Of a stretch of 64,000 nucleotides of DNA, positions 41,570 to 51,844 are shown piece after piece. The translations under genes and the position numbers were made by a program. The stretch spans positions 557,161 to 621,160 of the forward strand of contig LVVQ01000001.1 of assembly GCA_006954405.1 (NCBI GenBank), in the 5' to 3' direction. Every line of letters starts with the position of its first letter. Positions within the stretch are counted from its first letter, which is position 1. Under the pieces are notes generated by a model. It searched no databases and was not told the DNA's origin. It saw only the letters and a list, made by a program, of their open reading frames with translations. This DNA comes from Candidatus Methanarcanum hacksteinii (lineage in GTDB: Archaea > Thermoplasmatota > Thermoplasmata > Methanomassiliicoccales > Methanomethylophilaceae).

Positions 41570-43083
41570 AGGTATTCGTCAACGGCAAGGAGAAGGAGTT
41601 GCCATCGAAAGCAACACTCAAATCGGCATTGACCGGCGAGCATTACGTTAAGGGTACGCTTGTATCGATCCACCTCTCGACCGAGAAGTTGGTCAAGGAA
41701 TCCGATGATTTCGAGATCGTCACAGAGAGGGGTAGCATGGTGATCCATCTTGACGATACTCCGGATGCGAAGATCTGGAGATCGAAGGTAAGTTATATGT
41801 CCGAACTCTTCCTGAGATGGAGGACAGAGAGGCTCGATGCCTTCGGTTCATTCTCTACAGATATAGAGTTCGATCAGACGGAAGGGATCTACAAGCGTTT
41901 CGATTGTTTCTTCTCATTGGGAGGGAATGATAATTCCACGACATACATGATGATCGCGAGGAAGGACCATAAGAGATCATATGGTGCTGGTAGCGGTCGC
42001 ATAGGACACATCACGAAAGGGAGGCACATCCTGGACATATTCCAAGAGGGAGACAGGATCATAGAGGTCAAGCCTTTGATATCCGAAGAGAGTACGGAGA
42101 ACGTCATAGTCACGACCGATCTCTCATTCAAGCTCGAGGACGGATATTCCGTCGACACGCACGTGAGGATAAAGCTCGACGAATCATCACCGGAGAGTGC
42201 GGAGCATGTATTGATCCTGTCGGACAAAGGTCATATGCACATATCGGACACATCTGGAAGCTATGCGGCCTGTAGTGAGGATCAGGATATCTCGATGGAG
42301 ATCGAGGACAGAAGGGTGAGGGACATAGGTTCGGTCACCGTGAGGAATCAGGGTGTCGGATTAGGAAGGATATTCATCTACAAGGAGAAGAGGCAGTTAT
42401 CAGAGGTGCACAATTACGCAGGTACCGTGATAAGCGGTATGCCCATAGTCAAGATGGCCAAGGGCGATAGCAGCATCAGTGTTGTGACAGAACCTCTTCG
42501 TTTGTTGACTGTCGGTATGACGCAGAAGAAAGCATCGGAATTCCTCGATTCCAGAGGCGTGAAGCAGGAAAGGGTAGGTGACGTCGATGATGATGCGATT
42601 GTTGTCGAACAGATACCTGAAAGGACTATCGATGCATTGAAGGCTGGAAAGGTCAAGACATTCGCTGTGAAAAAGGACAGGATCTACAGGATATCCTTGG
42701 ACAGGAAGAAATCTCCATTGAGCGTCCATTATTTCGAGAAGGTCACAGGCTTGAGTCATAAGCCCATAGGTTCGTTGAAGGTGTTCTTCATGTTCGATGG
42801 GATGCCCATGGTGCAGTTCGAAGGCGATCCGAGCAGAGCGCATATGCTCTATCCCGATGAACCGTTCAAGAAGTGTAAACGCGGAGACATCGGTGTAACG
42901 AATCAGGCAAGACCCAATGCAGGCCTAATAGGCATAAGGTTGGAGGACAGCAAGGAGTACGGACCTACCGGTGAGGAGGGATATGGTACGAACATCCTCG
43001 GAAAATTCGAGGATGACCTTGATGAATTCTTAAAGAAGACTGATGATGAGGAGGTCATCTATGTCACGGAGGAGAGATTATGA
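41566..43083 (+). CDS. mmp3: Methanogenesis marker protein 3
   Basis: 505 aa. The ATGA overlap with mcrC, the size and the position match the mmp3 slot of the Mcr activation cluster. Confidence 0.55.
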   Translation: MKVFVNGKEKELPSKATLKSALTGEHYVKGTLVSIHLSTEKLVKESDDFEIVTERGSMVIHLDDTPDAKIWRSKVSYMSELFLRWRTERLDAFGSFSTDIEFDQTEGIYKRFDCFFSLGGNDNSTTYMMIARKDHKRSYGAGSGRIGHITKGRHILDIFQEGDRIIEVKPLISEESTENVIVTTDLSFKLEDGYSVDTHVRIKLDESSPESAEHVLILSDKGHMHISDTSGSYAACSEDQDISMEIEDRRVRDIGSVTVRNQGVGLGRIFIYKEKRQLSEVHNYAGTVISGMPIVKMAKGDSSISVVTEPLRLLTVGMTQKKASEFLDSRGVKQERVGDVDDDAIVVEQIPERTIDALKAGKVKTFAVKKDRIYRISLDRKKSPLSVHYFEKVTGLSHKPIGSLKVFFMFDGMPMVQFEGDPSRAHMLYPDEPFKKCKRGDIGVTNQARPNAGLIGIRLEDSKEYGPTGEEGYGTNILGKFEDDLDEFLKKTDDEEVIYVTEERL

Positions 43084-43502
43084 GTGAAGAGAGAGAAACA
43101 AGACTTCTCATGATATCGCCCACATCCAATATAACACCGGATCAGCTCTCGCGTACGATCCACTCCATGGGCGAGAGGATCACAGTGAAGGAGACCTGCT
43201 ACGGATGTCTCATCGAAGGGCCTAGTGAGGTCGTGAGGCGTGTACGTGATAGGGCTAGAGAGATGGATCGTAACGCCATATTCTCGAAGATCAGAGCATA
43301 TCCCGCGAGCGACCCAAGAAGATGCCGTGCACAGCATGGTACCAGGCCTGGTTATTCCCAATTGGAGATGGAATGGAAGGCCCTTACCAACATAGAGGCT
43401 GGACTCGATGCATTGGATAGAGGAGAGGAGATCAAGGAACCCACTCCTAAGAAACAACTTTCAGTAATGGAATTTAAGAAAATATGTGAGGCGAACCAAT
43501 GA
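43080..43502 (+). CDS. mmp6: Methanogenesis marker protein 6 (probable)
   Basis: 140 aa with translationally coupled overlaps on both sides. Assigned by size and synteny only. Confidence 0.4.
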   Translation: MSEERETRLLMISPTSNITPDQLSRTIHSMGERITVKETCYGCLIEGPSEVVRRVRDRAREMDRNAIFSKIRAYPASDPRRCRAQHGTRPGYSQLEMEWKALTNIEAGLDALDRGEEIKEPTPKKQLSVMEFKKICEANQ

Positions 43503-43951
43503 AGGTGTTCATCGACCCCCCAAACAGTATGATTTTATTCGATTTGATAGAGAGGTTCGGACATGAGCCCCTCAGTACAATGGCAGCACTCCAAGAGAGG
43601 GTGGACAATATAGAGATAGATATGCCTCCGATGAATGTGACATTGGATGACGTCATCAAAGGACTCAAATATGCAGGTATAGAGGTACCGTCAGGTATCA
43701 GAGGAAGACTTGCGATATGGGGCCCCCTAATCGAGGAAGCGGATGCCGCTGTCGTCATGGAAGGGGCACCGTTCGCCTTCGGATGTGTCGGCTGTGAACG
43801 TTCCAACCTCATGGTCAAGTATCTGTTGCAGAGGCGCGGGATACCCGTGGTCACTGTCAATTATCCCGAGAATGAGGAAGAAGGTAAACTCGTGGTTGCC
43901 AAGATAAAGGAATTCTTGGACAAGCTCAATGATAAGAGGGAGGTGGATTGA
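43499..43951 (+). CDS. mmp5: Methanogenesis marker protein 5 (probable)
   Basis: 150 aa; [10 protein letters not shown] motif; coupled overlaps. Assigned by size and synteny only. Confidence 0.4.
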   Translation: MKVFIDPPNSMILFDLIERFGHEPLSTMAALQERVDNIEIDMPPMNVTLDDVIKGLKYAGIEVPSGIRGRLAIWGPLIEEADAAVVMEGAPFAFGCVGCERSNLMVKYLLQRRGIPVVTVNYPENEEEGKLVVAKIKEFLDKLNDKREVD

Positions 43952-45180
43952 TGTCCGAGTTGATCAAGATTGCACAGTTGTCATGCGGAACCGAATACAG
44001 CAGTGTCCAGTATGAGATAGAGAAGGCCGCACGCAGTGTCGGTGCCAAGATAGTATATCCTGACGTATCCGCTGCAGATGTGGATGATGCGGTGCAGAGA
44101 TTCGGTTTCAACCCAAGGTCTCCGCAGCTCAAATTGATGATTGCACGTGCCGTCCAATTGGCTGATGGACTCTACGATGCTGATGCAGTGTTCATCGCAA
44201 CATGCTTCAGATGTGCCGAGGCCGCACTCGTGAGGAATGAACTCAGAAGATTCATCCAAGAGAACACAAGACTCCCTGTGGTCACATACTCGTTCACAGA
44301 GAGGCTCAAGGCATCGCAGCTCCTCACAAGGATGGAGGCATTGGTCACCATAGTGGCAAGGAAGGAACTCCTTGCCAGAGAGAAGCAATCCGGATTGACC
44401 GCAGGATTGGATTCGGGTTCATCCACGACCAAGGCTGTCATCATGAGGGATAACAAGATCATAGGGAAGGCATGGATGCCCACAGGTAATGTGGTGGAAT
44501 CCGCCACATCTGTCCTTGAGGATGCACTGAAACAAGCTGGCGTGAAATTATCTGATATTGAGGCGATAGGCACGACAGGATACGGACGTTTCACTCTCGG
44601 TAAACATTTCAACGCCAAATTGGTCCAAGAGGAATTGACGGTCAACTCCAAAGGAGCCGTATGGTTGGCTGACAGACAGAGGGGAGAGGCGACCATCATC
44701 GATATAGGCGGGATGGATAACAAAGCGATAACCGTCCGTGATGGTGTCCCTGATAACTTCACCATGGGTGGTGTCTGTGCAGGTGCATCCGGTCGTTTCA
44801 TGGAGATGACCGCCAGAAGGCTCAAGATCGATGTAGCTGACCTTGGAAAATATGCAGTGAAAGGGGACTGGAGGAATGCCAAGATGAACTCATACTGTTC
44901 AGTCTTCGGTATACAGGACCTTGTCACGACACTCGGTGAAGGGAAATCATTCGAGGATGTCGCGGCCGCAGCATGTCATTCAGTGGCCGAACAGGTCTAT
45001 GAGCAACAGCTTCAGGAGGTCGATGTGAGGCATCCGATCATCCAGGTCGGAGGTACATCGCTCAATGCCGGACTTGTCAAAGCCGTCGGCGAGGTCCTTG
45101 GAGAGGCACCTATCGTGCCTCCGAACTCACAGTACATCGGAGCCGTCGGAGGAGCACTTCTGAGTTCAGGATTCCTGTGA
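43951..45180 (+). CDS. mmp15: Methanogenesis marker protein 15 (BadF/BadG/BcrA/BcrD-type ATPase)
   Basis: C-terminal ASKHA ATPase ([28 protein letters not shown]). The ATG overlaps the preceding stop (TGATG). Confidence 0.65.
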   Translation: MSELIKIAQLSCGTEYSSVQYEIEKAARSVGAKIVYPDVSAADVDDAVQRFGFNPRSPQLKLMIARAVQLADGLYDADAVFIATCFRCAEAALVRNELRRFIQENTRLPVVTYSFTERLKASQLLTRMEALVTIVARKELLAREKQSGLTAGLDSGSSTTKAVIMRDNKIIGKAWMPTGNVVESATSVLEDALKQAGVKLSDIEAIGTTGYGRFTLGKHFNAKLVQEELTVNSKGAVWLADRQRGEATIIDIGGMDNKAITVRDGVPDNFTMGGVCAGASGRFMEMTARRLKIDVADLGKYAVKGDWRNAKMNSYCSVFGIQDLVTTLGEGKSFEDVAAAACHSVAEQVYEQQLQEVDVRHPIIQVGGTSLNAGLVKAVGEVLGEAPIVPPNSQYIGAVGGALLSSGFL

Positions 45181-45189
45181 GGTGTCCAT

Positions 45190-45750
45190 ATGCTTATCGA
45201 TGTGACCGGTACGGAAGAATATGCATGCGAAGCATACAAGAAGCTCTTCGAGGACATCATGAACGATGTCGGCAAGGCAACGATGATAGATCGTGCTAAG
45301 TTGGTGCTCAAACCAGAGGTCCCTCTGTTCATATTCAGCGTCAGATTGATCAATGAGCCGACGAACAAAGTCGTTTCCGATGCCGCGGATCTGAGGCAGG
45401 AAGGATCCGACACACACGTCTCCATCTCCGATGAGAGATATGCTCCCGAGATCATAGCATCACTCTGGAAGAATTATGGCAGGGATAAGGTCGAACAACA
45501 GACGAGATTCGATCTCACCGTATACGGCGGGGATGAGAAGGCCATATCGAATTACCAGATATCATCTGGAGAGGAAGCAAAGAAAGAGATCATCGGTGCA
45601 CTCTGGAGGGTCATGCCTGAGGGCATCAAGAACAGACACAACATGTCCGATGGCAACGTGATAACGATAGTCGCCACGGAGGAGCTGATGCATCCAGAGA
45701 TGATAGATGAGGGTGTGAGCGTGCACAAGTCGATGAAGGAGGTTGCCTGA
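45190..45750 (+). CDS. mmp17: Methanogenesis marker protein 17 (probable)
   Basis: 186 aa; assigned by size and position. Confidence 0.45.
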   Translation: MLIDVTGTEEYACEAYKKLFEDIMNDVGKATMIDRAKLVLKPEVPLFIFSVRLINEPTNKVVSDAADLRQEGSDTHVSISDERYAPEIIASLWKNYGRDKVEQQTRFDLTVYGGDEKAISNYQISSGEEAKKEIIGALWRVMPEGIKNRHNMSDGNVITIVATEELMHPEMIDEGVSVHKSMKEVA

Positions 45751-46682
45751 TGTTCGAGGTCATGATGTATGATGGAGGCATCTATCGTTCGGATGAGTTG
45801 TTCGAAGCGATAGAGGATGTTGGCGGTGTCGTATTGCAGAGGACGAGGAGCGCACAGCTTCTCACTGTCACCATGTCCATCCCAGGTGAGGACAAGGAGA
45901 TGCTGTCGGAGAAATGCAGGGAGATCGGAGGCGAAGTGAAGAATGTTCCCCTTGCAGGTACAGAGATCGCAGTGGTCGGATGTACGTTAGGAAGACACCA
46001 CATGCCGCACCCGATATGCGACATAGCCGAGGAGATCAGACAATACGGGGGCATATCCGTTGTCATGGGCCTTGCAAGAGGCAGGGGTAAGAGCACCTCC
46101 CAGATATCAGCCAAAGAGAAGGGTATAATCGAGGAATACGATGCAGCGGTGTTCATGCTTGGTAATTTCAAACAATGCATCGAATCCAAGAAGGCATTGT
46201 TCGATGACATCGATATCCCTGTGATCCTAGTATGCGGTCCACAGCCTGACGGTCTCGATGAGGATTGTGAGGCTATCGTGTCCGGTGTCGGCCGTAAGGC
46301 AGAGAGGATGAGGACCACGGATGAGAGGAAGAAACTTACTGAGATCGCCGACGTCGTTGATCAAGTCATCAGGAAAAGAAGGGCGATGTTCGAGGAGGAT
46401 CCTCTGTTCGTCCATCCTGCTGAATTGAAACAGTTGTTGGAGACATATGAGCCGATAGACATGAGTCTCAGACCTGCACCCATCGTCCTTCACCTGGACG
46501 GCCTTAGGGTCAAGATACCATATAGCGAACACAAGGATTATTTCGATAATCTGACCGTCTATGGTAGGAAACTGACGGACATAGCTAGGATCTCAGAGTC
46601 CAAGATCGATGACAGTAGTACGATCATAAGGATAAAGACGAAGTCAGAGGTCGATGACGAGGATCGCAGGAAGGGCATATGA
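45750..46682 (+). CDS. mmp7: Methanogenesis marker protein 7 (probable)
   Basis: 310 aa; TGATG coupling with the upstream gene; last gene of the cluster. Confidence 0.5.
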   Translation: MFEVMMYDGGIYRSDELFEAIEDVGGVVLQRTRSAQLLTVTMSIPGEDKEMLSEKCREIGGEVKNVPLAGTEIAVVGCTLGRHHMPHPICDIAEEIRQYGGISVVMGLARGRGKSTSQISAKEKGIIEEYDAAVFMLGNFKQCIESKKALFDDIDIPVILVCGPQPDGLDEDCEAIVSGVGRKAERMRTTDERKKLTEIADVVDQVIRKRRAMFEEDPLFVHPAELKQLLETYEPIDMSLRPAPIVLHLDGLRVKIPYSEHKDYFDNLTVYGRKLTDIARISESKIDDSSTIIRIKTKSEVDDEDRRKGI

Positions 46683-47098
46683 TCCGTAAGGGGACATATG
46701 TCCTCTTCCTCCACATCCCATGTGATACCATTGTCAACGTAGGTTCAATCGGTCCAATCCCATTCCAAGAAGGATATTACTGCTATGTGGGCAGTGCGAT
46801 GGGCGGGTTGGACCAGCGCATCAATAGGCATATCTCCAAAGAGAAGAGATTGCGGTGGCACATCGATTATCTGACAATGGCATCCGATGAAGTATATGCA
46901 TTCGAATCCAGCGGAGACTGTATCCCGGAATGTGATTTGGCGAAATTGTTGTCCGACAATGGTTCCACCCCGGCGGTCGAGGGATTCGGATGTTCTGATT
47001 GTAATTGTGCAACGCATCTTTTCCGTGCTGAACCAGCATTTTTGGAAAGTATCCTAGTAAAAAATGGTCTTACGAAATTCGTACCAAAAATTGAATAA
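46679..47098 (+). CDS. DUF123 / GIY-YIG-superfamily (Uri-like) endonuclease domain protein
   Basis: GTYVLFLH...YYCYVGSA...RINRHISKEK...RWHIDYL; coupled (ATGA) to mmp7. Confidence 0.55.
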   Translation: MIRKGTYVLFLHIPCDTIVNVGSIGPIPFQEGYYCYVGSAMGGLDQRINRHISKEKRLRWHIDYLTMASDEVYAFESSGDCIPECDLAKLLSDNGSTPAVEGFGCSDCNCATHLFRAEPAFLESILVKNGLTKFVPKIE

Positions 47099-47213
47099 AC
47101 TTATTATATTCGAAACATGAGGTTTTTAGTTTATATACTCAGGAAGGAAGGGTTATAAACACTAATCTATTTTACAGCACTATCAAGTCACACTGTAAAG
47201 TGAGGGACAGAAT

Positions 47214-48815
47214 ATGAAAGGCGTAGAAAACTTATCACGCAAAGTGACTCCCGAAGTCATCAATAAATTGATCGAGATCTGTGGAAAGGACGATGTCAAC
47301 ACAGGTGAGATGGACAGACTCCTTTACGCTCACGATCTTGCACCTTTGCCAAAGGAAGCAGGTATTGCGTTCAAACACATTCCTGATGTAGTCGTCAGGC
47401 CCGAGTCCGTACAGGAACTCTCCAAGATCGCAGCACTCGCATTCAAGACAGGCGTCGCAGTGACACCCAGGGGAGCATCCTCATGGGGTCTCGGAGGATC
47501 CATGCCCGTTGAGGGAGGTATCCTTCTCGACATGTCCGCCAAGATGAACAAGGTCATCGCTGTGGACAAGGTCAACATGACAGTCAAAGCACAGGCAGGA
47601 TGCACATGGAAGCAGATCATGGATGCATGTGATGCAGAGGGTCTCTTCGTTGGATCCACACCTTCATCATTCCCCTCAGCAACGCTCGGCGGATGGGTCT
47701 CCACCGGTGGAATCGGAATCGGCGGATACAAATACGGAGGAGCAAGGGAGAACATCATGAACCTTGAGGTCGTCCTCTCGGATGGTATGGTCATCAACAC
47801 AGGTTACGACAGCATCGGTAACAACATGTCCGGATACAACCTCAACCAGCTCTTCGCAGGTGCAGAGGGTACACTCGGATTCATAGGCACGGTCACACTC
47901 AGGGTATACCCCAAGGGTGAACTCAGGTACCTCGGCTACGACTTCGACAAACTGAAGGACATGCACGGACCTATCCAGAAGATCGTCAACCACCCCAGCG
48001 TAAAGCCGCTCCACATCGCATGGTCTGACAGTTACCACTTCGACAACCAGAGGAAAGCAGGACTTCACGCACCTGATGTGTCCAACCTCTTCCTCGTCAC
48101 ACTTCAGGGAGCACCCGAGTTCCTTGACCTCGAAGAGAAGACGATCGATGCTATCGTAGAGGAAGCAGGCGGAAGGAAGGTCTCAAGCGAGATCTGCGAG
48201 CACGAGTGGGAAGAGAGATGCTACGAGTACAGGTGCCGCAAGGCAGGTATCGGATCGATCCCCGCAGAGGTCGTTGTGGAAGTACAGCACTGGGGAGAGT
48301 TCGTCGACGAGTGTTACAAGGGATTCGAAGCAATGAAGATGGAGCCCGGAGGAATCGTCGGAATGATCTCTGACCGCAGCACAGCGATGTTCATGCCTTA
48401 CTACTTCAAGGATGATGAGAGCATGCTCGGAATGCTCGCATTCGCATACAACTTCTACATGGGCGACAAGGCAATGCTCTACGGCGGTCGTTCACTCGGA
48501 TTTGGCGTCTTCTTCGCATCGAACCTCGATGTTGTCCACCCCGGTGATGAACCTGCAGTGATGAGGGACATCAAGACATTGATGGATCCCCACGACATCG
48601 TCAACCCCGGACACCTCGTCTGCGGAAAGACAAGGTTTGGAATCAACCTCGACAAGAACATCATGGGTGTCGCATCGAAGCTCATGGTCGGTGTCAAGAA
48701 GTTGTTACCCAAGGACTCAAGATTCGAATCCAACCTCGGAAGGTTCTACTACAACCAGCTCGAGGAAGAGAAGATGGAGTCCCTTGAGGTCACATACGGA
48801 AAGGGAACCGAGTAA
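47214..48815 (+). CDS. FAD-linked oxidase (GlcD/D-lactate dehydrogenase-like, FAD_binding_4)
   Basis: PRGASSWGLGGS...GGWVSTGGIGIGGYKYG FAD-binding region; 533 aa. Confidence 0.7.
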   Translation: MKGVENLSRKVTPEVINKLIEICGKDDVNTGEMDRLLYAHDLAPLPKEAGIAFKHIPDVVVRPESVQELSKIAALAFKTGVAVTPRGASSWGLGGSMPVEGGILLDMSAKMNKVIAVDKVNMTVKAQAGCTWKQIMDACDAEGLFVGSTPSSFPSATLGGWVSTGGIGIGGYKYGGARENIMNLEVVLSDGMVINTGYDSIGNNMSGYNLNQLFAGAEGTLGFIGTVTLRVYPKGELRYLGYDFDKLKDMHGPIQKIVNHPSVKPLHIAWSDSYHFDNQRKAGLHAPDVSNLFLVTLQGAPEFLDLEEKTIDAIVEEAGGRKVSSEICEHEWEERCYEYRCRKAGIGSIPAEVVVEVQHWGEFVDECYKGFEAMKMEPGGIVGMISDRSTAMFMPYYFKDDESMLGMLAFAYNFYMGDKAMLYGGRSLGFGVFFASNLDVVHPGDEPAVMRDIKTLMDPHDIVNPGHLVCGKTRFGINLDKNIMGVASKLMVGVKKLLPKDSRFESNLGRFYYNQLEEEKMESLEVTYGKGTE

Positions 48816-48827
48816 AACAATGGAATC

Positions 48828-48870
48828 GAGGGAGTTCAACTCCCTCTTCCAATCTTTATCTGATTTTAAA
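48828..48870. terminator. Bidirectional hairpin terminator between convergent genes
   Basis: GAGGGAG TTCAA CTCCCTC perfect 7-bp stem with T-rich flanks. Confidence 0.5.
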
Positions 48871-49531
48871 AACGTCCGATGAGTTCGGATATGTTATTGA
48901 GAATCTCTGGTCTATGATCGTATGATTCCCACATGGTGCGGCTGTGCTCATTTTGGGCCAATCCGATGAATGCCGCTCCTGAATCCCTAGCACAGAGATA
49001 ATCCGTCACAGCATCTCCGACATAGATCATCTCATCGGTTCTTACGCCCAATCCCTTCGCAAGATACTCCATGGCCACAGGGTTCGGTTTCTGTTCACCG
49101 ACAGGATGGTCATCGTACGCCTCTATCGCATCGAAATATCCTGTAAGGTCAAATCTATCCATGGTCTTGAGGACATACCCTCTGTGGCCTCTCGAAAGAA
49201 GCCCTATCTTGTATCCTTTCGATGATATCTCGTCAAGGAGCTCTCTCACCATCGGGAACGGTTTCGAACTAGAGATGTTCAACGTCTCTATCCTCGTGGA
49301 TTCCTCATTGACCATGCGTTCCAATTCATCAGAGCTGATATCTTTCCCGATCGAATGCAGATAATCGATACCTGCGACCAACATATCCTTCTCGGACATT
49401 ATATGGGCGAAGACCCTGCTCGGTACACCCAAGGATGTCAATACATCATGTTCGACCATCCCCAGTCTAGCATAGTCGATATCACTGTCGATCAAGGTTC
49501 CATCCATATCGAATCCGATGGCTTTGAACAT
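48866..49531 (-). CDS. HAD-superfamily hydrolase
   Basis: FDMDGTL motif I, LSRG motif II, K...GDAVTD motifs III/IV. Confidence 0.7.
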   Translation of the reverse strand: MFKAIGFDMDGTLIDSDIDYARLGMVEHDVLTSLGVPSRVFAHIMSEKDMLVAGIDYLHSIGKDISSDELERMVNEESTRIETLNISSSKPFPMVRELLDEISSKGYKIGLLSRGHRGYVLKTMDRFDLTGYFDAIEAYDDHPVGEQKPNPVAMEYLAKGLGVRTDEMIYVGDAVTDYLCARDSGAAFIGLAQNEHSRTMWESYDHRPEILNNISELIGRF

Positions 49532-49562
49532 GATCGGTCAATGTGCATAGGAGGATATAAGT

Positions 49563-49862
49563 GTCAGGTGAGGGTAGTAGCCCCCCTTCTGTTTAAAGCG
49601 GCATTCAACTTCGCATTCTACCCACGGGTCCCGGGCAGGTCTTCCCCGTTGTATGAACTTGCTCCGATGGGGAGTCGCCGTTTCACCAAATCTCCGGAAA
49701 TGTCACCACCAGGTGGATCATCCTATGGCCGGAACTGTGTCGTTTCTGAGCCCTTGCCACGACTCTCGCCGTACAGGCTTACGCCTGTCCATCTTGCCCT
49801 TGGAGGAGGGAACTTCCTCAGCTGGATCCAGTCTTACCGTCGGCCGCTCTCCCTCTCCTGAC
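49563..49862 (-). ncRNA. rnpB: RNase P RNA (archaeal type A-like)
   Basis: Minus-strand transcript matches universal RNase P RNA regions. The P4 5' strand GAGGAAGUU-CCCUCC pairs with the 3' strand ACAGAA-GGGGGG-CU. A P10-12 GGUGAAACGG motif is present. The P15-16 region (CGGAGCAAG..UUCAUA..ACGG..CCCGGGACCCGUGGGUAG) is recognisable. A P1 terminal helix (GUCAGGAGAGGG / CCCUCACCUGAC) closes the molecule. A TAAAATAT box lies about 25 nt upstream. Confidence 0.7.
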
Positions 49863-49882
49863 ATTACGGGTTATCGGATGTA

Positions 49883-49891
49883 GATATTTTA
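49883..49891. promoter_or_regulatory. TATA element between RNase P RNA (minus) and fprA (plus)
   Basis: ATATTTTA lies 22-27 nt from the RNase P RNA 5' end and from the fprA ATG at 49910. Confidence 0.4.
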
Positions 49892-49909
49892 CAGTAACGC
49901 AACGACATC

Positions 49910-51097
49910 ATGATTAAATCATCACTGTGCGATACCGACCTCATGATTGCCAAGTTGTCGGATTCGATACAGATGATCACAGAAGAGGATGATGATCTAG
50001 ACCTCTTTGAATGCAGATACCCTATACCAGATGGTGTAACGTACAATTCGTACGTGATATCCGATGAGAAGATCGCTGTTTTGGATACGATGGACGCACG
50101 CAGATCGCAAGCATGGGAACAGGATATATCCGCGATCTTGGACGGTAGTGAGCCCGATTACCTTGTGGTACACCACATGGAGCCCGATCATGCCGCTTGC
50201 ATAGGGGAATTCTCATCCAAGCATCCGAAGATGAAGATCGTCGGTAACGAGAGGACGTTCAAGATGATCGAACAGTTCTTCGGGAAGGGATTCGAAGACA
50301 GGAGATTGATCGTGGAGGATGGATATGTCTTGGAGCTTGGGAAACATTCATTGAAGTTCATAACAACGCCGATGGTCCATTGGCCGGAGGTTATGATGTC
50401 GTATGAGGCATCGGAGAAGATCCTCTTCACCGCCGACGCGTTCGGAAGATTCGGACCATCCGATCCGAATTATGATTGGGTCCTTGGCGCAAGGCGTTAT
50501 TATTACAACATAGTCGGGAAATACGGCCCTCAGGCAGCTAAGGCACTGGAGAAGGTAGCTTCATTGGATGTGAGATCGATATGCCCTCTGCATGGCCCTG
50601 TGCTCAATGAGGATCTTGGAACCTATGTCGACTATTACGTCAAATGGGCCAATTACAAGGCAGAATCGAACGGGGTCTTGATCGCATATACATCCGTATA
50701 CGGTAACACGAAGAAGGCTGCATACGATCTACTCGATATTCTGAAGAAGAAAGGTGTCGAGGCCGAGATCATCGATGTTGCCCGTACTGACGTATCATAT
50801 CTCATAGAGAAGGCATTCTTCTACAGCAAGATGGTGGTCGCAACGACCACATACGAAGCAGGGATATTCCCTGTGATGGCCAATTTCCTCTTGGAATTGA
50901 AGGACAAGAGATACTCATCCCGTGATGTGGGAGTGATCGAGAACGGATCATGGACTCCTGCAGCAGGTGCGGAGATAGAGAGGATATTCTCATCGATGGA
51001 AGGTGTGAGACTCGTACGTCCGAGGATAACAATAAGGTCAGCAATGAAGGATGAACAGATGGTGGAATTATCCGATCTGGCTGAAAAATTGGCATGA
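49910..51097 (+). CDS. fprA: Flavodiiron protein FprA (F420H2 oxidase-type A-type flavoprotein)
   Basis: Metallo-beta-lactamase motif (HHMEPDH) plus a C-terminal flavodoxin domain (LIAYTSVYGNTKKAA). Confidence 0.8.
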   Translation: MIKSSLCDTDLMIAKLSDSIQMITEEDDDLDLFECRYPIPDGVTYNSYVISDEKIAVLDTMDARRSQAWEQDISAILDGSEPDYLVVHHMEPDHAACIGEFSSKHPKMKIVGNERTFKMIEQFFGKGFEDRRLIVEDGYVLELGKHSLKFITTPMVHWPEVMMSYEASEKILFTADAFGRFGPSDPNYDWVLGARRYYYNIVGKYGPQAAKALEKVASLDVRSICPLHGPVLNEDLGTYVDYYVKWANYKAESNGVLIAYTSVYGNTKKAAYDLLDILKKKGVEAEIIDVARTDVSYLIEKAFFYSKMVVATTTYEAGIFPVMANFLLELKDKRYSSRDVGVIENGSWTPAAGAEIERIFSSMEGVRLVRPRITIRSAMKDEQMVELSDLAEKLA

Positions 51098-51181
51098 GTT
51101 GGAAATAATGTGGAAAACATCCTCGATTGAACGTTGTTAAAACCAAAAGCTTATTAATTACGTTCTAATCGGGGGTATGCT

Positions 51182-51268
51182 TGCAAGGGTAGTCAAGCAT
51201 GGCCAACGACGCTAGCTTGAGGGGCTAGTCCTTAGTGGTCCGCGAGTTCAAATCTCGTCCCTTGCACC
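51182..51268 (+). tRNA. tRNA-Leu (anticodon GAG) with encoded CCA
   Basis: Hand-folded. Acceptor GCAAGGG/CCCTTGC, anticodon stem CTAGC/GCTAG with loop TTGAGGG, a long variable arm, T-loop TTCAAATC, discriminator A and CCA. Confidence 0.8.
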
Positions 51269-51428
51269 ACTTTATCATCCTATTACCACAAGAGCTTGAG
51301 CGCTCGACAATGAATCCTGATAGCGTGAGCTGAGATTGAAATTCTGGGATCATGTTGTTTTCTAACTCCATGGTAATGGATAGCTATGTTCAAGAAAACT
51401 TTATGAGAACGCAGAAGCATCTGAAATC

Positions 51429-51767
51429 ATGTACTGTCAGTATTGCGGAAGAGAGATTCCGGATGGTGCGGCATACTGCCCTGATTGCGGAAGCAAGGTC
51501 GGTCTTGTGCCCTCAACGTACGCTTCACCATATCCCGTCTACAATCGGATGCCGAAAGAACCATCGACTTTGGGTCCATTCTTGCTAGGGATGTTCCTTG
51601 GACTCATCGGAGTCATAGTCGCAGTACTGGTCTACAACGGTAACGATGGCCCATACACGAAGAATCCGACAACTCACGCACTCGTTTGGAGCATATTGGG
51701 AATATTGGTCTGGATACCGATAATGATCATTCTATTCTCATTGATGTCGATCGGGTCATCAGTGTGA
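51429..51767 (+). CDS. Zinc-ribbon plus 2-TM membrane protein
   Basis: N-terminal CQYCG...CPDCG zinc ribbon followed by two hydrophobic helices. Confidence 0.45.
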   Translation: MYCQYCGREIPDGAAYCPDCGSKVGLVPSTYASPYPVYNRMPKEPSTLGPFLLGMFLGLIGVIVAVLVYNGNDGPYTKNPTTHALVWSILGILVWIPIMIILFSLMSIGSSV

Positions 51768-51844
51768 ATCACAGATGAAGTTCGACGAGAAGAATCCATC
51801 TGAAGTATTGCATCAGTGTTGATTTGGAATCCGCTACTTCACAC

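Noticed and set aside
40946-43951. Whether the 140-aa and 150-aa proteins are mmp6 and mmp5 respectively, or the reverse.
   Set aside because: The two families cannot be distinguished from memory. They are labelled as probable by size and synteny only, and HMM assignment is needed.
49555-49870. Considered SRP (7S) RNA for the ORF-free structured interval, because of its terminal long helix and a GGUGAAAC/GGAGCAAG-like segment.
   Set aside because: The block order and sequence fit RNase P RNA much better. A P4 pair ACAGAA-GGGGGG with GGAAGUU-CCCUCC is present, together with P15/16-like UUCAUA..ACGG..CCCGGG..GGGUAG. The SRP helix-8 consensus (CCGGAAGG.AGCA, GNRA apex) is not present.
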